From Bacillus phage AR9, in sequence record KU878088.1: a stretch of 40,000 nucleotides of DNA, one strand, 5' to 3'. Numbering within the stretch: position 1 is the stretch's first letter; each line of letters starts with the position of its first letter. Positions 9,147 to 19,035 of this stretch are shown here, one piece after another. The notes below the pieces were generated by a model. That model had not been told where the DNA came from and did not search any database. It was given only the letters and a program-made list of their open reading frames with translations. A program made the translations under genes and the position numbers.

Positions 9147-10097
9147 ATGAAGAACAAGAGAGCAAAAAGAACTCTAAATGTGTTCTCTGTTCTAGTATTT
9201 GCATTTTTATTATTACTCCTAATGGGAAGTAATTATGTCATCAATCTAGCTAATACTAGTTCTGAGAAAATAAGCTCTGCTATAGAAAATCAGAACCGAC
9301 AGCATGCTAGGAGTAATCTCTTATATTTTAACGATAAATTAACAAGGGATTACGAGAACGGTAAATTAGATGTTACCAATCCAAAACAACTAGAGAAATG
9401 GGCTACTGATAATTTAAGAACAGTAAAATCAGATTCAACATTTAATAATTTTGCTGTAATTGAAGTTGAATATAGCAAAGCAAGTAAAGAGTATATTGGT
9501 AATTATATTTGGCGTGCATCTCCACAAAATATTGATAATGGTCTAGGATATATGACTACCTATGATATCATTGTTAATCAAGAGAAAGCCAGAGTCTTCT
9601 TTTCCAATAATAAAGATATTGGTGGGAAATATCCATTTATTTCTTATAATTTAATTAAGAATTCCTATAAAGGAAAGATCAGCGACTTAATTAAAGAAGA
9701 AATCATTAGATATAAAAATCCAGATGAAGTCCAAGATACCTTAAATGCTATGTATGAAGGATCAGTAAGTGGCAACAATGATAATTACACTTGGAAATAT
9801 AATAATGGTAAAGAAAGCTTTATTGAATGGACAACAGTTCCTTTAGAATCTACTATTGGACTGAATGATGAACCAAAAAATAAACGTGGATTAATAAATC
9901 CTAACTATAAAAGAATTATTATAGCATGTTCAGTTGATAAAGATTATGTTAACCAACCATTTAAGAAACAAATAACAGATCTAGAACACTTTAAAGAGTG
10001 CGTTTTAATAGGAGTTAGTTTGTTTGTATTTCTCTCTATTGGTTTAATTCTCTATTTTACTTGGCTGATTTGCTACAATAATAACCACAAAAAATAA
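9147..10097 (+). CDS. Membrane protein with two TM helices and a large extracytoplasmic loop
   Basis: N-terminal VFSVLVFAFLLLLLMGSNYVI and C-terminal CVLIGVSLFVFLSIGLILYFTWLIC hydrophobic segments flanking about 230 aa. Confidence 0.75.
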   Translation: MKNKRAKRTLNVFSVLVFAFLLLLLMGSNYVINLANTSSEKISSAIENQNRQHARSNLLYFNDKLTRDYENGKLDVTNPKQLEKWATDNLRTVKSDSTFNNFAVIEVEYSKASKEYIGNYIWRASPQNIDNGLGYMTTYDIIVNQEKARVFFSNNKDIGGKYPFISYNLIKNSYKGKISDLIKEEIIRYKNPDEVQDTLNAMYEGSVSGNNDNYTWKYNNGKESFIEWTTVPLESTIGLNDEPKNKRGLINPNYKRIIIACSVDKDYVNQPFKKQITDLEHFKECVLIGVSLFVFLSIGLILYFTWLICYNNNHKK

Positions 10098-10110
10098 AAG
10101 AAAAGGAGCA

Positions 10111-10521
10111 TTGATAACCATGCCTAACCATACTGATGACACAATTGTCAGAATCTTATGGGTGGTAGTGATTAGCTTCTTTTCCGCATTCGCCAAGGAA
10201 CTTAATGATCGTGCCAAAAACCCTAAAGAAACGTTTCTCTTATTTCTGAGTGAGGTTCTTCTAAACGGTGTTTGTGGTGCGATCACTGGAGTTCTAGCAT
10301 TTAACCTCACGGATAATATCTATACAATATCTGCTATTTCCGCAATCGGAGGATTAATGGGAATGAACCTCATCAAATACATTACTAAGCTTGGCATTGT
10401 TTATGTTGCGGCATTGAGAAATATAAACGTAGATGATCTTAGTAAAATTAATTTAGATGATGAAAAGCCTAGCGAAGAAGAAAAGAAAGAGAACACTACA
10501 GAAGAAAAAAGGGAATCCTAA
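10111..10521 (+). CDS. Putative holin (LydA-like small membrane protein)
   Basis: DDTIVRILWVVVISFFSAFAKEL...LFLSEVLLNGVCGAITGVLAFNLTD...AISAIGGLMGMNLIKYI, several TM segments and charged tail. Confidence 0.55.
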   Translation: MITMPNHTDDTIVRILWVVVISFFSAFAKELNDRAKNPKETFLLFLSEVLLNGVCGAITGVLAFNLTDNIYTISAISAIGGLMGMNLIKYITKLGIVYVAALRNINVDDLSKINLDDEKPSEEEKKENTTEEKRES

Positions 10522-10753
10522 GATAATTAAAGAAGAATAGTCTAATAACTCACTGTTCTTCTTTGAATTATCATGGCATGAGTTATAATGCTTCTTTTAT
10601 GTTTTAATTTTATTACTTTTGAGTTATTATTTTAATATAAGAATAAAATTATACTGTACAGTATAATTTTTCAATTGCATTTAATTGTCATTACCTTAAA
10701 TGAAATATAAGAATATATTATTAATTTGTATATTTTATTAAGGAGGACATTAA

Positions 10754-12400
10754 ATGTCATATATTGAAATTGATAAAGAATTTTTTATTAATAACATTCA
10801 GCCAGAGTTTAAAACTGATTCAGAAATCAATATTCAGGGTAGATCTAAACTTAGATATGGCGCATCAATGTTAGAATTAAATCCAAATTCACTAGAATGG
10901 GATGACTTAGAAAAAATATATGACATTGCTCAGAATAAAGGCAATAGGTCTGTTATGATGCAAGTTTCAGCGATCAAGAATTTAATCTCTGACTTTGAAG
11001 GAGCTAAGATAGCTAATTTAAAAGCACTTGCAGTTGCACTACCTTCATACTTTAGTGATAATTTAATTGACGGATGGATTTATTCTTTGGATAGAAAAAA
11101 TAATCCAGTCACAGTTGATCCATACTTAATTACAGATATTCGCTACTATCCTCCTAAAAAGGATGATCCAGCGTCTGTTTCTATTAGATTAGTTGCTAAT
11201 TCACCTCGTCAAAGTAGCCGCGATAAACGTTATACACGTAGTATCTATTTTGATAGTAGTGATATCAGAGGGAAAACAATTCCTCAAATACTGGCAAAAG
11301 AGAATCTGTTTCATGAAACAGAGGAACTAAAAAATATCTATCTAGAACAATTAGAATTATTTAATAAATATCAACCTCAAAAAACGAAGCAATTTTTAAT
11401 TTCAGGGAAAAGCTATGAAACATCAGGAGGAAGTTATTCTTCAGACTATTATTTTAATTCTAATGGTTATATAGACATAGCAACTAAAAATAGATTTATC
11501 AATGATGAAGGAATAATTAAACGAGTTTTTAATGAAGAGTATGATCCTTATTACTGGAGAAACGAAGCAGGAGTGGAAGAAAAATTTGATAGAATTCCAC
11601 AACATTGCTATATTTTTGGTTTTAACTTAGATACACATAAATATACATGGGTACATGCTACTAATATGAAACCATATGAATACGACACTGGTCTAAGAGA
11701 TAAGTTAATACTCCCTCAACGACATAAGGATTTAATTGACATTCTAGTAAGTGATCTTGATATTCTTAAAGAAGATATAATTGAAGGTAAATCTGGTGGA
11801 ACTACTATATTAGCTACAGGCAAACCGGGACTTGGTAAGACTCTTTCAGCAGAAATTTATTCTGAAGCAATTGAAAAACCACTTTATAAAGTTCATTCAG
11901 GACAATTAGGATTGAGCTCAAAAGATGTTCAAGAAAATCTAGAAGTAATATTAAAGAGAGCTTCACGTTGGGGAGCAATTGTATTATTAGATGAAGCTGA
12001 TGTTTTTATTAGAGAAAGAGGAAATGATTTGCAACAAAATGCTGTTGTTGCAAGCTTCTTAAGAACACTAGAATACTTTGATGGTATTTTATTTATGACA
12101 ACTAATAGGGAATTTGATGTAGATGATGCTATTAAATCAAGATGTATTGCTGTTATTAGATATGAAACACCTTCTGAAGAAGATGCTAAAAAAATATGGA
12201 AAGTATTATCTACTCAATTAGAAGTAAACCTTAGCGATGAATTAATTGATCAGTTAGTTCTTAAATTCCCAGAAGCATCAGGACGTGATATTAAAGAACT
12301 ATTAAAACTTACATCAAGATTTGCCAAAGGAAAAAATGAAGAAATCTCATTAGAACTGTTTAGACAGTGTGCTCAGTTTAGAGCTATTAAAATCAAATAG
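10754..12400 (+). CDS. AAA+ ATPase
   Basis: Walker A GKPGLGKT, Walker B AIVLLDEADVFI, sensor/arginine-finger region FMTTNREFDVDDAIKSRC. Confidence 0.9.
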   Translation: MSYIEIDKEFFINNIQPEFKTDSEINIQGRSKLRYGASMLELNPNSLEWDDLEKIYDIAQNKGNRSVMMQVSAIKNLISDFEGAKIANLKALAVALPSYFSDNLIDGWIYSLDRKNNPVTVDPYLITDIRYYPPKKDDPASVSIRLVANSPRQSSRDKRYTRSIYFDSSDIRGKTIPQILAKENLFHETEELKNIYLEQLELFNKYQPQKTKQFLISGKSYETSGGSYSSDYYFNSNGYIDIATKNRFINDEGIIKRVFNEEYDPYYWRNEAGVEEKFDRIPQHCYIFGFNLDTHKYTWVHATNMKPYEYDTGLRDKLILPQRHKDLIDILVSDLDILKEDIIEGKSGGTTILATGKPGLGKTLSAEIYSEAIEKPLYKVHSGQLGLSSKDVQENLEVILKRASRWGAIVLLDEADVFIRERGNDLQQNAVVASFLRTLEYFDGILFMTTNREFDVDDAIKSRCIAVIRYETPSEEDAKKIWKVLSTQLEVNLSDELIDQLVLKFPEASGRDIKELLKLTSRFAKGKNEEISLELFRQCAQFRAIKIK

Positions 12401-12408
12401 AAGGAGTT

Positions 12409-12747
12409 ATGATAATGGGTAATATTCTTACTGAAATAAAAGCATTTGATACTAATTATATACAAAAAGGTGATGCTATTAAAATTATTTCACCTGAAAT
12501 TTTCTCTAAATTAGGTGTTAATAATAGGAATGCGATAATTTCCGAAATTAAAGATAATGGTCAGGAGCTAGTGTGCTTTTTTGTATCTGATACGTATGTA
12601 AATACTTCTCCTTTTGGGGTTATCTTTAATGGTGATAATTACAAAATTTTATCAATTAGAATAAATGTTAAAGATGTAGTCAATAATATGATTATGGTTG
12701 AAAAATTAATTCCTGAAGAAGTTTCACAATCAAGTGAAATTTTATAG
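12409..12747 (+). CDS. hypothetical protein
   Basis: 112-aa ORF downstream of AAA+ gene with aaggagtt RBS. Confidence 0.65.
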   Translation: MIMGNILTEIKAFDTNYIQKGDAIKIISPEIFSKLGVNNRNAIISEIKDNGQELVCFFVSDTYVNTSPFGVIFNGDNYKILSIRINVKDVVNNMIMVEKLIPEEVSQSSEIL

Positions 12748-12754
12748 TATAAAT

Positions 12755-12791
12755 AAAGAATGAAATAGCTAATAATGCTATTTCATTCTTT
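12755..12791. terminator. Hairpin terminator
   Basis: 15-bp stem AAAGAATGAAATAGC / GCTATTTCATTCTTT. Confidence 0.85.
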
Positions 12792-12817
12792 AAATAACTT
12801 TAAAGGGGATATGTAAA

Positions 12818-13075
12818 ATGGCAAATAACTACACAGGTTACACAAGTGAATTTGGTTTGTTACTATATTCAAATAAAAAATATAATAGAAAAAATGTATT
12901 TAAAAGATTAAGATGTAAACATGATGTAATTACAAGAGATAGATGGGTAGAAGCAGGTTTCTATCCAACAGATTATAGTGTTTATTATTGTGAAAAGTGT
13001 GGAAAAATCAAAAATATTAAAAAATGGAGTGGTGAAAAGAGAAAATTAAAATTTGGTAGAATAAGGGAAATATAA
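12818..13075 (+). CDS. small protein with split Cys/His zinc-binding motif
   Basis: RCKHD...YYCEKCGK; RBS aaaggggat. Confidence 0.65.
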   Translation: MANNYTGYTSEFGLLLYSNKKYNRKNVFKRLRCKHDVITRDRWVEAGFYPTDYSVYYCEKCGKIKNIKKWSGEKRKLKFGRIREI

Positions 13076-13183
13076 TAAAATAGATTTCCCTTCTCTTATG
13101 TATTCACTTTTTAATAGAAAAAATTTAGAGAATTCCTAACAAGTAATTGAAAATCTTGTTATACATGAGAGGGGAAATTCATA

Positions 13184-14449
13184 ATGTCAATCTTAACCGA
13201 AGAAATGCGTAAAATTATTAGTAAAGAAAAAATTGGAGAAGAAAATACTTATACTCCTGCATATAGAACTGGAATTGATCTTTTTGATTATCGTAACGGT
13301 CGTAGAGAAAGTGGTACTAAGAAGATTGGTATTGATGGTGGAAAGGTTCTTACAGTTGTAGGTAAATCAGGTACAGGTAAATCAACTCTTGCTATTGAGT
13401 TTGCCAGTAGTATTGTTGAACCATATAAAGAAGGACAAGTTTATCATTTGGATTTTGAACGTGCGTCAACTTTATCACGTATTCAAACTATTACTGGTTG
13501 GTCAGATGAAAAAGTTAAAGAAAAATGGATTCTATTGAATCGTGGAATCTACAGTGAAAGTTTATATCAATTGGTTAAATCACTAGCTAAAATTAAGCTT
13601 GAAAAATTTGAAGAATTGGCTTTAGATACAAATGAAGTTGATTTACATGGAAATGATGTAAGAGTTCTTCCTCCAACAGTTATCTTACTTGATTCTTGGG
13701 CTACTCAAATGCCTAAAAGTATCTCTGAAGAAGAAAAACTATCAGGTTCTATGTCAGCAACATCTATTGCTAAGACAAATAATGCTATTATTAAACGTAT
13801 TATGGGTGATCTTGAACAAGCAAATATTATCCTGATTATTATTAACCATATTACTCAAAAAATTGAAATTAACCCAATGGTTAAAACTCAGGCTCAAGTT
13901 AACTACTTCAAACAAGATGAATCTATTCCTGGAGGAACTTCTTGTATTTATCTTGCTAATACTCTTTTGAAACTTGTTTCTTCAAGTAAACTAGAACCAG
14001 ATAAAGAGTTTGGAATTAAAGGATTTAAAGTAAATGGTGAGTTAATTAAATCACGTTCTAATAGTGCTGGTAATAAATTTGAGATGGTATTTGATCAAGA
14101 AAAAGGTTTTGATAATGTTCTTACTAACTATCTTCTACTTAAATCTAGTGGTGCTATTGGCGGAGCAGGTAGAGGTTTCTATCTTAATACTCTTCCAGAT
14201 GTAAAATTCTCTCAAAAAACAGTTAAAGAAAAGTATGAAACTGTTCCAGAATTTAAAGCTGAATTTGATCGTTTAGTTGAAGAGATTATGGAAGAATTCC
14301 TATCCGGTATTGATCTCTCAGAAGATAATGATAATCTTACATTGGAAGAAAACATTGAAGGTAACATTTGGAGAGCTAGTGACGGTCAATATTATAAATT
14401 TGATGAAAAAACTGAGGAAGTTGAATTAATTGAAAATTACGGAAAATAA
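13184..14449 (+). CDS. RecA/UvsX-like recombinase
   Basis: Walker A VGKSGTGKSTLAIEFA, VILLDSWATQMP, IILIIINHITQKIE, PGGTSCIYLANTLLKL. Confidence 0.88.
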   Translation: MSILTEEMRKIISKEKIGEENTYTPAYRTGIDLFDYRNGRRESGTKKIGIDGGKVLTVVGKSGTGKSTLAIEFASSIVEPYKEGQVYHLDFERASTLSRIQTITGWSDEKVKEKWILLNRGIYSESLYQLVKSLAKIKLEKFEELALDTNEVDLHGNDVRVLPPTVILLDSWATQMPKSISEEEKLSGSMSATSIAKTNNAIIKRIMGDLEQANIILIIINHITQKIEINPMVKTQAQVNYFKQDESIPGGTSCIYLANTLLKLVSSSKLEPDKEFGIKGFKVNGELIKSRSNSAGNKFEMVFDQEKGFDNVLTNYLLLKSSGAIGGAGRGFYLNTLPDVKFSQKTVKEKYETVPEFKAEFDRLVEEIMEEFLSGIDLSEDNDNLTLEENIEGNIWRASDGQYYKFDEKTEEVELIENYGK

Positions 14450-14460
14450 TCTTAAGATGA

Positions 14461-14487
14461 GAATAGTGTAAATTACACTATTCTCAT
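14461..14487. terminator. Hairpin terminator after recombinase gene
   Basis: GAGAATAGTGTAA / TTACACTATTCTC followed by TTATCTTTTTT. Confidence 0.8.
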
Positions 14488-14581
14488 TATCTTTTTTCCA
14501 ATTTATTTTTTAGATATATATTATAAAAAAGAATTCCTATTACTTAAAGGAAGGAAAAGTCTATATCGGACAAATAAAAAC

Positions 14582-14610
14582 TTGCTTTTTATTGGAAAAT
14601 ATGTTATAAT
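14582..14610 (+). promoter_or_regulatory. Candidate host sigma-A type promoter
   Basis: TTGCTT - 17 nt - TATAAT directly upstream of the 14630 gene. Confidence 0.6.
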
Positions 14611-14629
14611 TAAAAGGAGGAAAATTTGA

Positions 14630-15022
14630 ATGAAAGTTGTAAGAAGTATATCAAACGTAGAGATTCAACCAGAGAGTGTAAACTATATGAATAATCTATT
14701 TTCTTGTTATACAGAAGAAAATGATATTCCATATCATTTAACTATTAACAATCCAGTTATTCATATGTATCCAAAGGAAGATACATATGGTGAAGATGGA
14801 AAATTATATGGTTTTATTGATGCATTGAGGTTTACAGTAGATATCTATGATCCAGAAAAGAAAATAGTTTATAGGGATAATCGATTAAGAGATGTTATTA
14901 AAACAAATGATAGTAAAATTAAGAGTATTTCTTATTTCAAAGATCTTAGTACTATGATATCTTTTGATGGTAGCCATATGTTACATCCAAATTATATAGA
15001 ATTATTGGTGGAAAAAATATAG
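14630..15022 (+). CDS. hypothetical protein
   Basis: 130-aa ORF with aaaaggagg RBS. Confidence 0.7.
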   Translation: MKVVRSISNVEIQPESVNYMNNLFSCYTEENDIPYHLTINNPVIHMYPKEDTYGEDGKLYGFIDALRFTVDIYDPEKKIVYRDNRLRDVIKTNDSKIKSISYFKDLSTMISFDGSHMLHPNYIELLVEKI

Positions 15023-15040
15023 ACATAGGAGTTATTTATC

Positions 15041-15187
15041 ATGTTAATACAACCAGTCAGTCCAATTATACCTATTTATAATAATAAATTAAGGAATAAA
15101 TTCTTAAAAAATAAAAAGAATGAAAAACAAAAGAATGATTTAATATTTAAAGATATTTTAGAGAAGTATATAAAAGAGGAGTGTTAA
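15041..15187 (+). CDS. small hypothetical protein (48 aa) missed by the ORF track
   Basis: MLIQPVSPIIPIYNNKLRNKFLKNKKNEKQKNDLIFKDILEKYIKEEC, between two co-oriented genes with an upstream ataggag. Confidence 0.45.
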   Translation: MLIQPVSPIIPIYNNKLRNKFLKNKKNEKQKNDLIFKDILEKYIKEEC

Positions 15188-15188
15188 T

Positions 15189-15641
15189 ATGGAAATAGAG
15201 GGATTCGAAGTACCAAGAGTTGGAATGTTATATGAATATACAAGATTTGATAGAAATAATAACAATAAGAAGTATAGTAAAATAAAATTAGTCAATGATT
15301 TGTATGAATCAGATAATGAAATTTTAAAAGATATACCTTTTGAAGAATTGGGTTTCGAAGATCGTTATTATATTTCTGAAATTGCAATTTCTTTAAGACC
15401 TGATACTGACTTTTCTATATTTAAAGCTATATTCAAATATGATGAGAATACAGTTAACTATATTAGAGAATTTGGAAAAGGATCTAGTGAAGTTATTGCA
15501 ATAAACAATTTGAGAAATGAATTTATTTTTGTTAAATATTATAAAGTACTTATTATAGGAGGATATGCGTATCCACTTTCTACAGATAATTATCAATGGA
15601 TAGGTGACGCTAATATAGTAGATCGTTCAGAAGATTATTAA
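15189..15641 (+). CDS. hypothetical protein
   Basis: 150-aa ORF, RBS gaggag. Confidence 0.7.
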   Translation: MEIEGFEVPRVGMLYEYTRFDRNNNNKKYSKIKLVNDLYESDNEILKDIPFEELGFEDRYYISEIAISLRPDTDFSIFKAIFKYDENTVNYIREFGKGSSEVIAINNLRNEFIFVKYYKVLIIGGYAYPLSTDNYQWIGDANIVDRSEDY

Positions 15642-15670
15642 AAAGATACATACAACTAGGAGGAATATAA

Positions 15671-17668
15671 ATGGATGACATCAGTGTAATTAAGAATGAA
15701 GATTATGAAGGTTCACATAGATTTTTAGCAGAGGAATTGTTAATGCCTAATGCAAATAAAACAGACGGTAATAGATCTACAATGTTCTGCTCTCACTTAG
15801 CACAGGCAGTAACTCTACAAAAGGCTGAACCGCCATTAGTCTATACTAACTTTGAGAATCAAGTTGGAAAGTATTCAACTGCAGGTTATAGAAAGGCTAA
15901 TAGTAATTATAAGGTTATTGAAAAAATTTATAAGAATGATTATAATTATGTACTTATTGTACAAGATCAGGAAACTGGGGAATATACATTATTTGAAAGA
16001 GCTGAATGCGAGTTTCTAACTGAACATTATGGTTTTCAATGGGATAATGATAAAATTGATTCATTAAAGAAAGATGATACAATTGAAAAAGATACTGTAT
16101 TATATAAGAATACTTGTTATGATGAAAATATGAATTTTGGTTATGGTGTTAATTTAAATGCCGCATATTTTAGTTATAAGAATGAAACATTAGAGGATGC
16201 TATTGTAATCTCTGAAAGTGCCGCTAAAAAGCTAGGAACATTTAGTGTTAACAAAGTAAAAGTATCTGTTAATACAAATGATATCTTGCTTAACCTATAT
16301 GGTGATAATGAGAATTATAAAGGATTCCCAGATATTGGAGAGCATATTAAAAATCAGATTATTGCTAGCCGTAGAAGATTTGATTATAACACTGCATTAT
16401 ATGAATTAAAGAATCTAAATGAAATGAGAGATTCAGATACTCCATTTTTTGCTGATGGTAAGATTGTAGATATTGAGATTTTCTCTAATGTACCTGAAGA
16501 AGAATTAAAGGTACAGAAGTATAATGAACAAGTCCTATACTATATTAATAAGCAAAAAGAGTTTTCTAATAATGTTTATCAAAAGCTTAAAAAGATTGTA
16601 GAAGGTAAAGATAATAATGTATCAGATAAGCTATTGCACTTCTATAATAATTGTAAAATGAGAATTGATGAAAATATTTCTTACACTTATCAGAATAGTA
16701 AATTTAGTGGATTTATTATGGAATTCACAATTTTAGAGGAAGAACCATTAAATAAAGGAAGTAAGATTACAGGTAGATATGGTAATAAAGGTGTAATTAG
16801 TAAAATACTCCCTGATGATCAAATGCCTACTGTGGCTGAAGGACGTTTTAAAGGACTCAAGGCAGACATTTGTCTTAATCCACTTGGTGTATTTAACCGC
16901 CTTAATCCAAGTCAATTGATCGAACAAGAATTAAACTGGATTGCTAAATTCATTAGAAAAGATATGGAAGAAGCAGGAAGTAATGAAGAAAAAGTTAGCA
17001 TCTTACTTGATTTCTTAAATAGGGTGAATAAAGAAGAAACTGAATTAATGGAAGAATTCATTAATAGTCTAAATAAAACAGAATTAGAAGAGTTTCTAAA
17101 TGATATTATTGAAAATGGAATTCCTATCTGTCAAAAGCCATTCTTTGGTAATATTGGTTTAGATGAACTTTGGGAATTATACAATCATTATGATCATATT
17201 GATTACTTTAAATGTGAGGGAATTAGTACTCCTTTAATTATTGGAGAAATTTATATGGTTAGATTAAAACATGAGCCGCATTCTAAATTTAGCGCTCGTA
17301 GTACATCATTTATGAACCTAAGAGGTCTACCAGCTAAATCTAAGAACTTTAAAGAGCATAAAGACTTATATTCAAAAACACCTGTACGTATTGGTAATAT
17401 GGAGATTTCTAACTTAAGTCTTACTAATGAAATGGGTTCTATTATGGATATGCTAAATTCATACTCTAATAATGAGACTAATAGAAGAGAACTTATTATG
17501 CAATTATTAACTGGAAATCCATTTGATACCAATATTGATCTTTCAGATGTAGAGTCAGGTACAAGTAAGATTCTTAAATCTTTATTTACATGTCTCGGTC
17601 TTTCTATTGATGATGTAGAAGAAGAATGGGAAAATAAACTAAATGGAAAAGTAGAGGATGAAAAATAA
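15671..17668 (+). CDS. Phage DNA-directed RNA polymerase beta subunit, C-terminal half
   Basis: RSTMFCSHLAQAVTLQKAEPPLV, NLNAAYFSYKNETLEDAIVISESAA, KGSKITGRYGNKGVISKILPDDQMP, ICLNPLGVFNRLNPSQLIE, IGEIYMVRLKHEPHSKFSARST: ordered RpoB motifs. Confidence 0.9.
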   Translation: MDDISVIKNEDYEGSHRFLAEELLMPNANKTDGNRSTMFCSHLAQAVTLQKAEPPLVYTNFENQVGKYSTAGYRKANSNYKVIEKIYKNDYNYVLIVQDQETGEYTLFERAECEFLTEHYGFQWDNDKIDSLKKDDTIEKDTVLYKNTCYDENMNFGYGVNLNAAYFSYKNETLEDAIVISESAAKKLGTFSVNKVKVSVNTNDILLNLYGDNENYKGFPDIGEHIKNQIIASRRRFDYNTALYELKNLNEMRDSDTPFFADGKIVDIEIFSNVPEEELKVQKYNEQVLYYINKQKEFSNNVYQKLKKIVEGKDNNVSDKLLHFYNNCKMRIDENISYTYQNSKFSGFIMEFTILEEEPLNKGSKITGRYGNKGVISKILPDDQMPTVAEGRFKGLKADICLNPLGVFNRLNPSQLIEQELNWIAKFIRKDMEEAGSNEEKVSILLDFLNRVNKEETELMEEFINSLNKTELEEFLNDIIENGIPICQKPFFGNIGLDELWELYNHYDHIDYFKCEGISTPLIIGEIYMVRLKHEPHSKFSARSTSFMNLRGLPAKSKNFKEHKDLYSKTPVRIGNMEISNLSLTNEMGSIMDMLNSYSNNETNRRELIMQLLTGNPFDTNIDLSDVESGTSKILKSLFTCLGLSIDDVEEEWENKLNGKVEDEK

Positions 17669-17853
17669 TGGGAGTGAATGAAATAGAAAAAGAAATTAGA
17701 TGGGTTGCTGATAATACTATCTTTACCCATTTTACTTTTGGTATTCGTAATTTTAAGAAGATTCTAGAAGCTGTTTTAATTAAGTTAGATGGTCAATATG
17801 ACACAAAATTAGTTCAAGATATAACTAGAGAAATTTATAATGAACAAATATAA
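17668..17853 (+). CDS. small hypothetical protein
   Basis: ORF overlapping the stop of the beta C-terminal gene (translational coupling). Confidence 0.6.
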   Translation: MGVNEIEKEIRWVADNTIFTHFTFGIRNFKKILEAVLIKLDGQYDTKLVQDITREIYNEQI

Positions 17854-17867
17854 ATCATAATAAGAGA

Positions 17868-17906
17868 CGTATAATAGATGTGTGCCAGTTTCACATCTAT
17901 TATACG
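17868..17906. terminator. Hairpin terminator
   Basis: 15-bp stem CGTATAATAGATGTG / CACATCTATTATACG. Confidence 0.82.
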
Positions 17907-17989
17907 CTATTAAAATTACAGGAGGACATTATTAATATGTTTATTTCCTGTAATAAAAAAGACATAATTTTGAGAGGAAGAGATATTTT

Positions 17990-18397
17990 ATGGGGAATGT
18001 AGTAGAATTTAAAAGAAAAACAGAAAATGAAGAAGTAACCGTAGAAGAAATTCAGTTAGAATATGTTAAAAAGAAAATTTTAGATACATATGAATTAGAA
18101 GAAAAAGATATTATGGAAGTTGATGAGATGGTTAAAGTATATTTAGATCATCTAGAAAAAGGAGAGGTAATGGTCTTCTCAAGTAGTGAAGATGCTTTAT
18201 CATTTGCTAATATTGTAATTAATCATCCAGAATTTAAAGATATTTCACATTTTAAAGTTACTCCTAATATTTCACGACTTTCAATGTTTTATGAACTAGA
18301 ACCTGTAATGAAGAATTCTAATAAAAAGTATATCTTTCCATCAGAAGATAAATTTGTTCCATCTATTCACTATAGAAATATCAATGAAATTTTATAA
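17990..18397 (+). CDS. hypothetical protein
   Basis: 135-aa ORF, + strand, between well supported genes. Confidence 0.6.
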   Translation: MGNVVEFKRKTENEEVTVEEIQLEYVKKKILDTYELEEKDIMEVDEMVKVYLDHLEKGEVMVFSSSEDALSFANIVINHPEFKDISHFKVTPNISRLSMFYELEPVMKNSNKKYIFPSEDKFVPSIHYRNINEIL

Positions 18398-18617
18398 TAT
18401 TACATGAACTAGGAAGGGTTCACATTAATATTTATTAGAAATCATTACACTTATATTCTTTAAAATAGGAGGAAGAAAAATGATAATTGAGAAAGAAGGT
18501 AACTTGCTTGAAGCTGAGAAAAATATAATTGCGCACCAAGTAAATTAATTAATGATGTTTTTGATGATTATGATGTGACATTATATAAATTTGATGAAAG
18601 AAAGTTAGAGTCTCAAT

Positions 18618-18782
18618 ATGGAAAAAGATAATCTAAGAGAATGGATTAAAACATTTAGGTGGGTAAAGAAGAATCCTTTATATGCTGTACAGAGATTATT
18701 TCATTATGAAGAAATAATTGAAAGACGAGATAACACTATTACAGAGTTAAAATTAAAAATTAAGAAATTAGAGGGGAATTAA
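18618..18782 (+). CDS. small coiled-coil-like protein (54 aa) missed by ORF track
   Basis: MEKDNLREWIKTFRWVKKNPLYAVQRLFHYEEIIERRDNTITELKLKIKKLEGN; overlaps upstream frame and abuts next gene. Confidence 0.5.
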   Translation: MEKDNLREWIKTFRWVKKNPLYAVQRLFHYEEIIERRDNTITELKLKIKKLEGN

Positions 18783-18784
18783 CT

Positions 18785-19021
18785 ATGGGAAAAGAAGTAA
18801 CATTTGAGATAATAAAAGAATTAGGAGTACTTTCAGAAGGTAAAAATGGTTGGACAAAGCAGGTTAATATTGTTAAATGGAATAATGGAAAACCTAAATT
18901 AGATATTCGGGATTGGAATGAAGACCGAAGTAAGATGGGTAAAGGAATTACATTAAATTATGATGACGTTCAACTGTTATCTGACATTTTAGAAGATTGT
19001 AAAGATGATCTTGATATCTAA
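18785..19021 (+). CDS. YdbC/PC4-like ssDNA-binding protein
   Basis: FEIIKELGVLSEGKNGWTKQVNIVKWNNGKPKLDIRDWNEDRSKMGKGITL matches the YdbC/PC4 pattern. Confidence 0.85.
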   Translation: MGKEVTFEIIKELGVLSEGKNGWTKQVNIVKWNNGKPKLDIRDWNEDRSKMGKGITLNYDDVQLLSDILEDCKDDLDI

Positions 19022-19035
19022 TTGATATCAAGATC
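19007..19035. terminator. Hairpin overlapping the stop codon of the YdbC-like gene
   Basis: 12-bp stem GATCTTGATATC / GATATCAAGATC, 5-nt loop. Confidence 0.6.

Noticed and set aside
10111-10521. Complete lysis cassette
   Set aside because: No endolysin (amidase, muramidase, CHAP) motif was found near the holin-like gene.
15671-17668. Interpretation of this gene as a host-derived complete rpoB
   Set aside because: It covers only the C-terminal half; the N-terminal half is a separate ORF 8 kb away, and both are strongly diverged as in phage polymerases.
17251-17730. Minus-strand 159-aa ORF antisense to beta C-terminal gene
   Set aside because: Antisense of conserved RpoB-like coding; no independent evidence.
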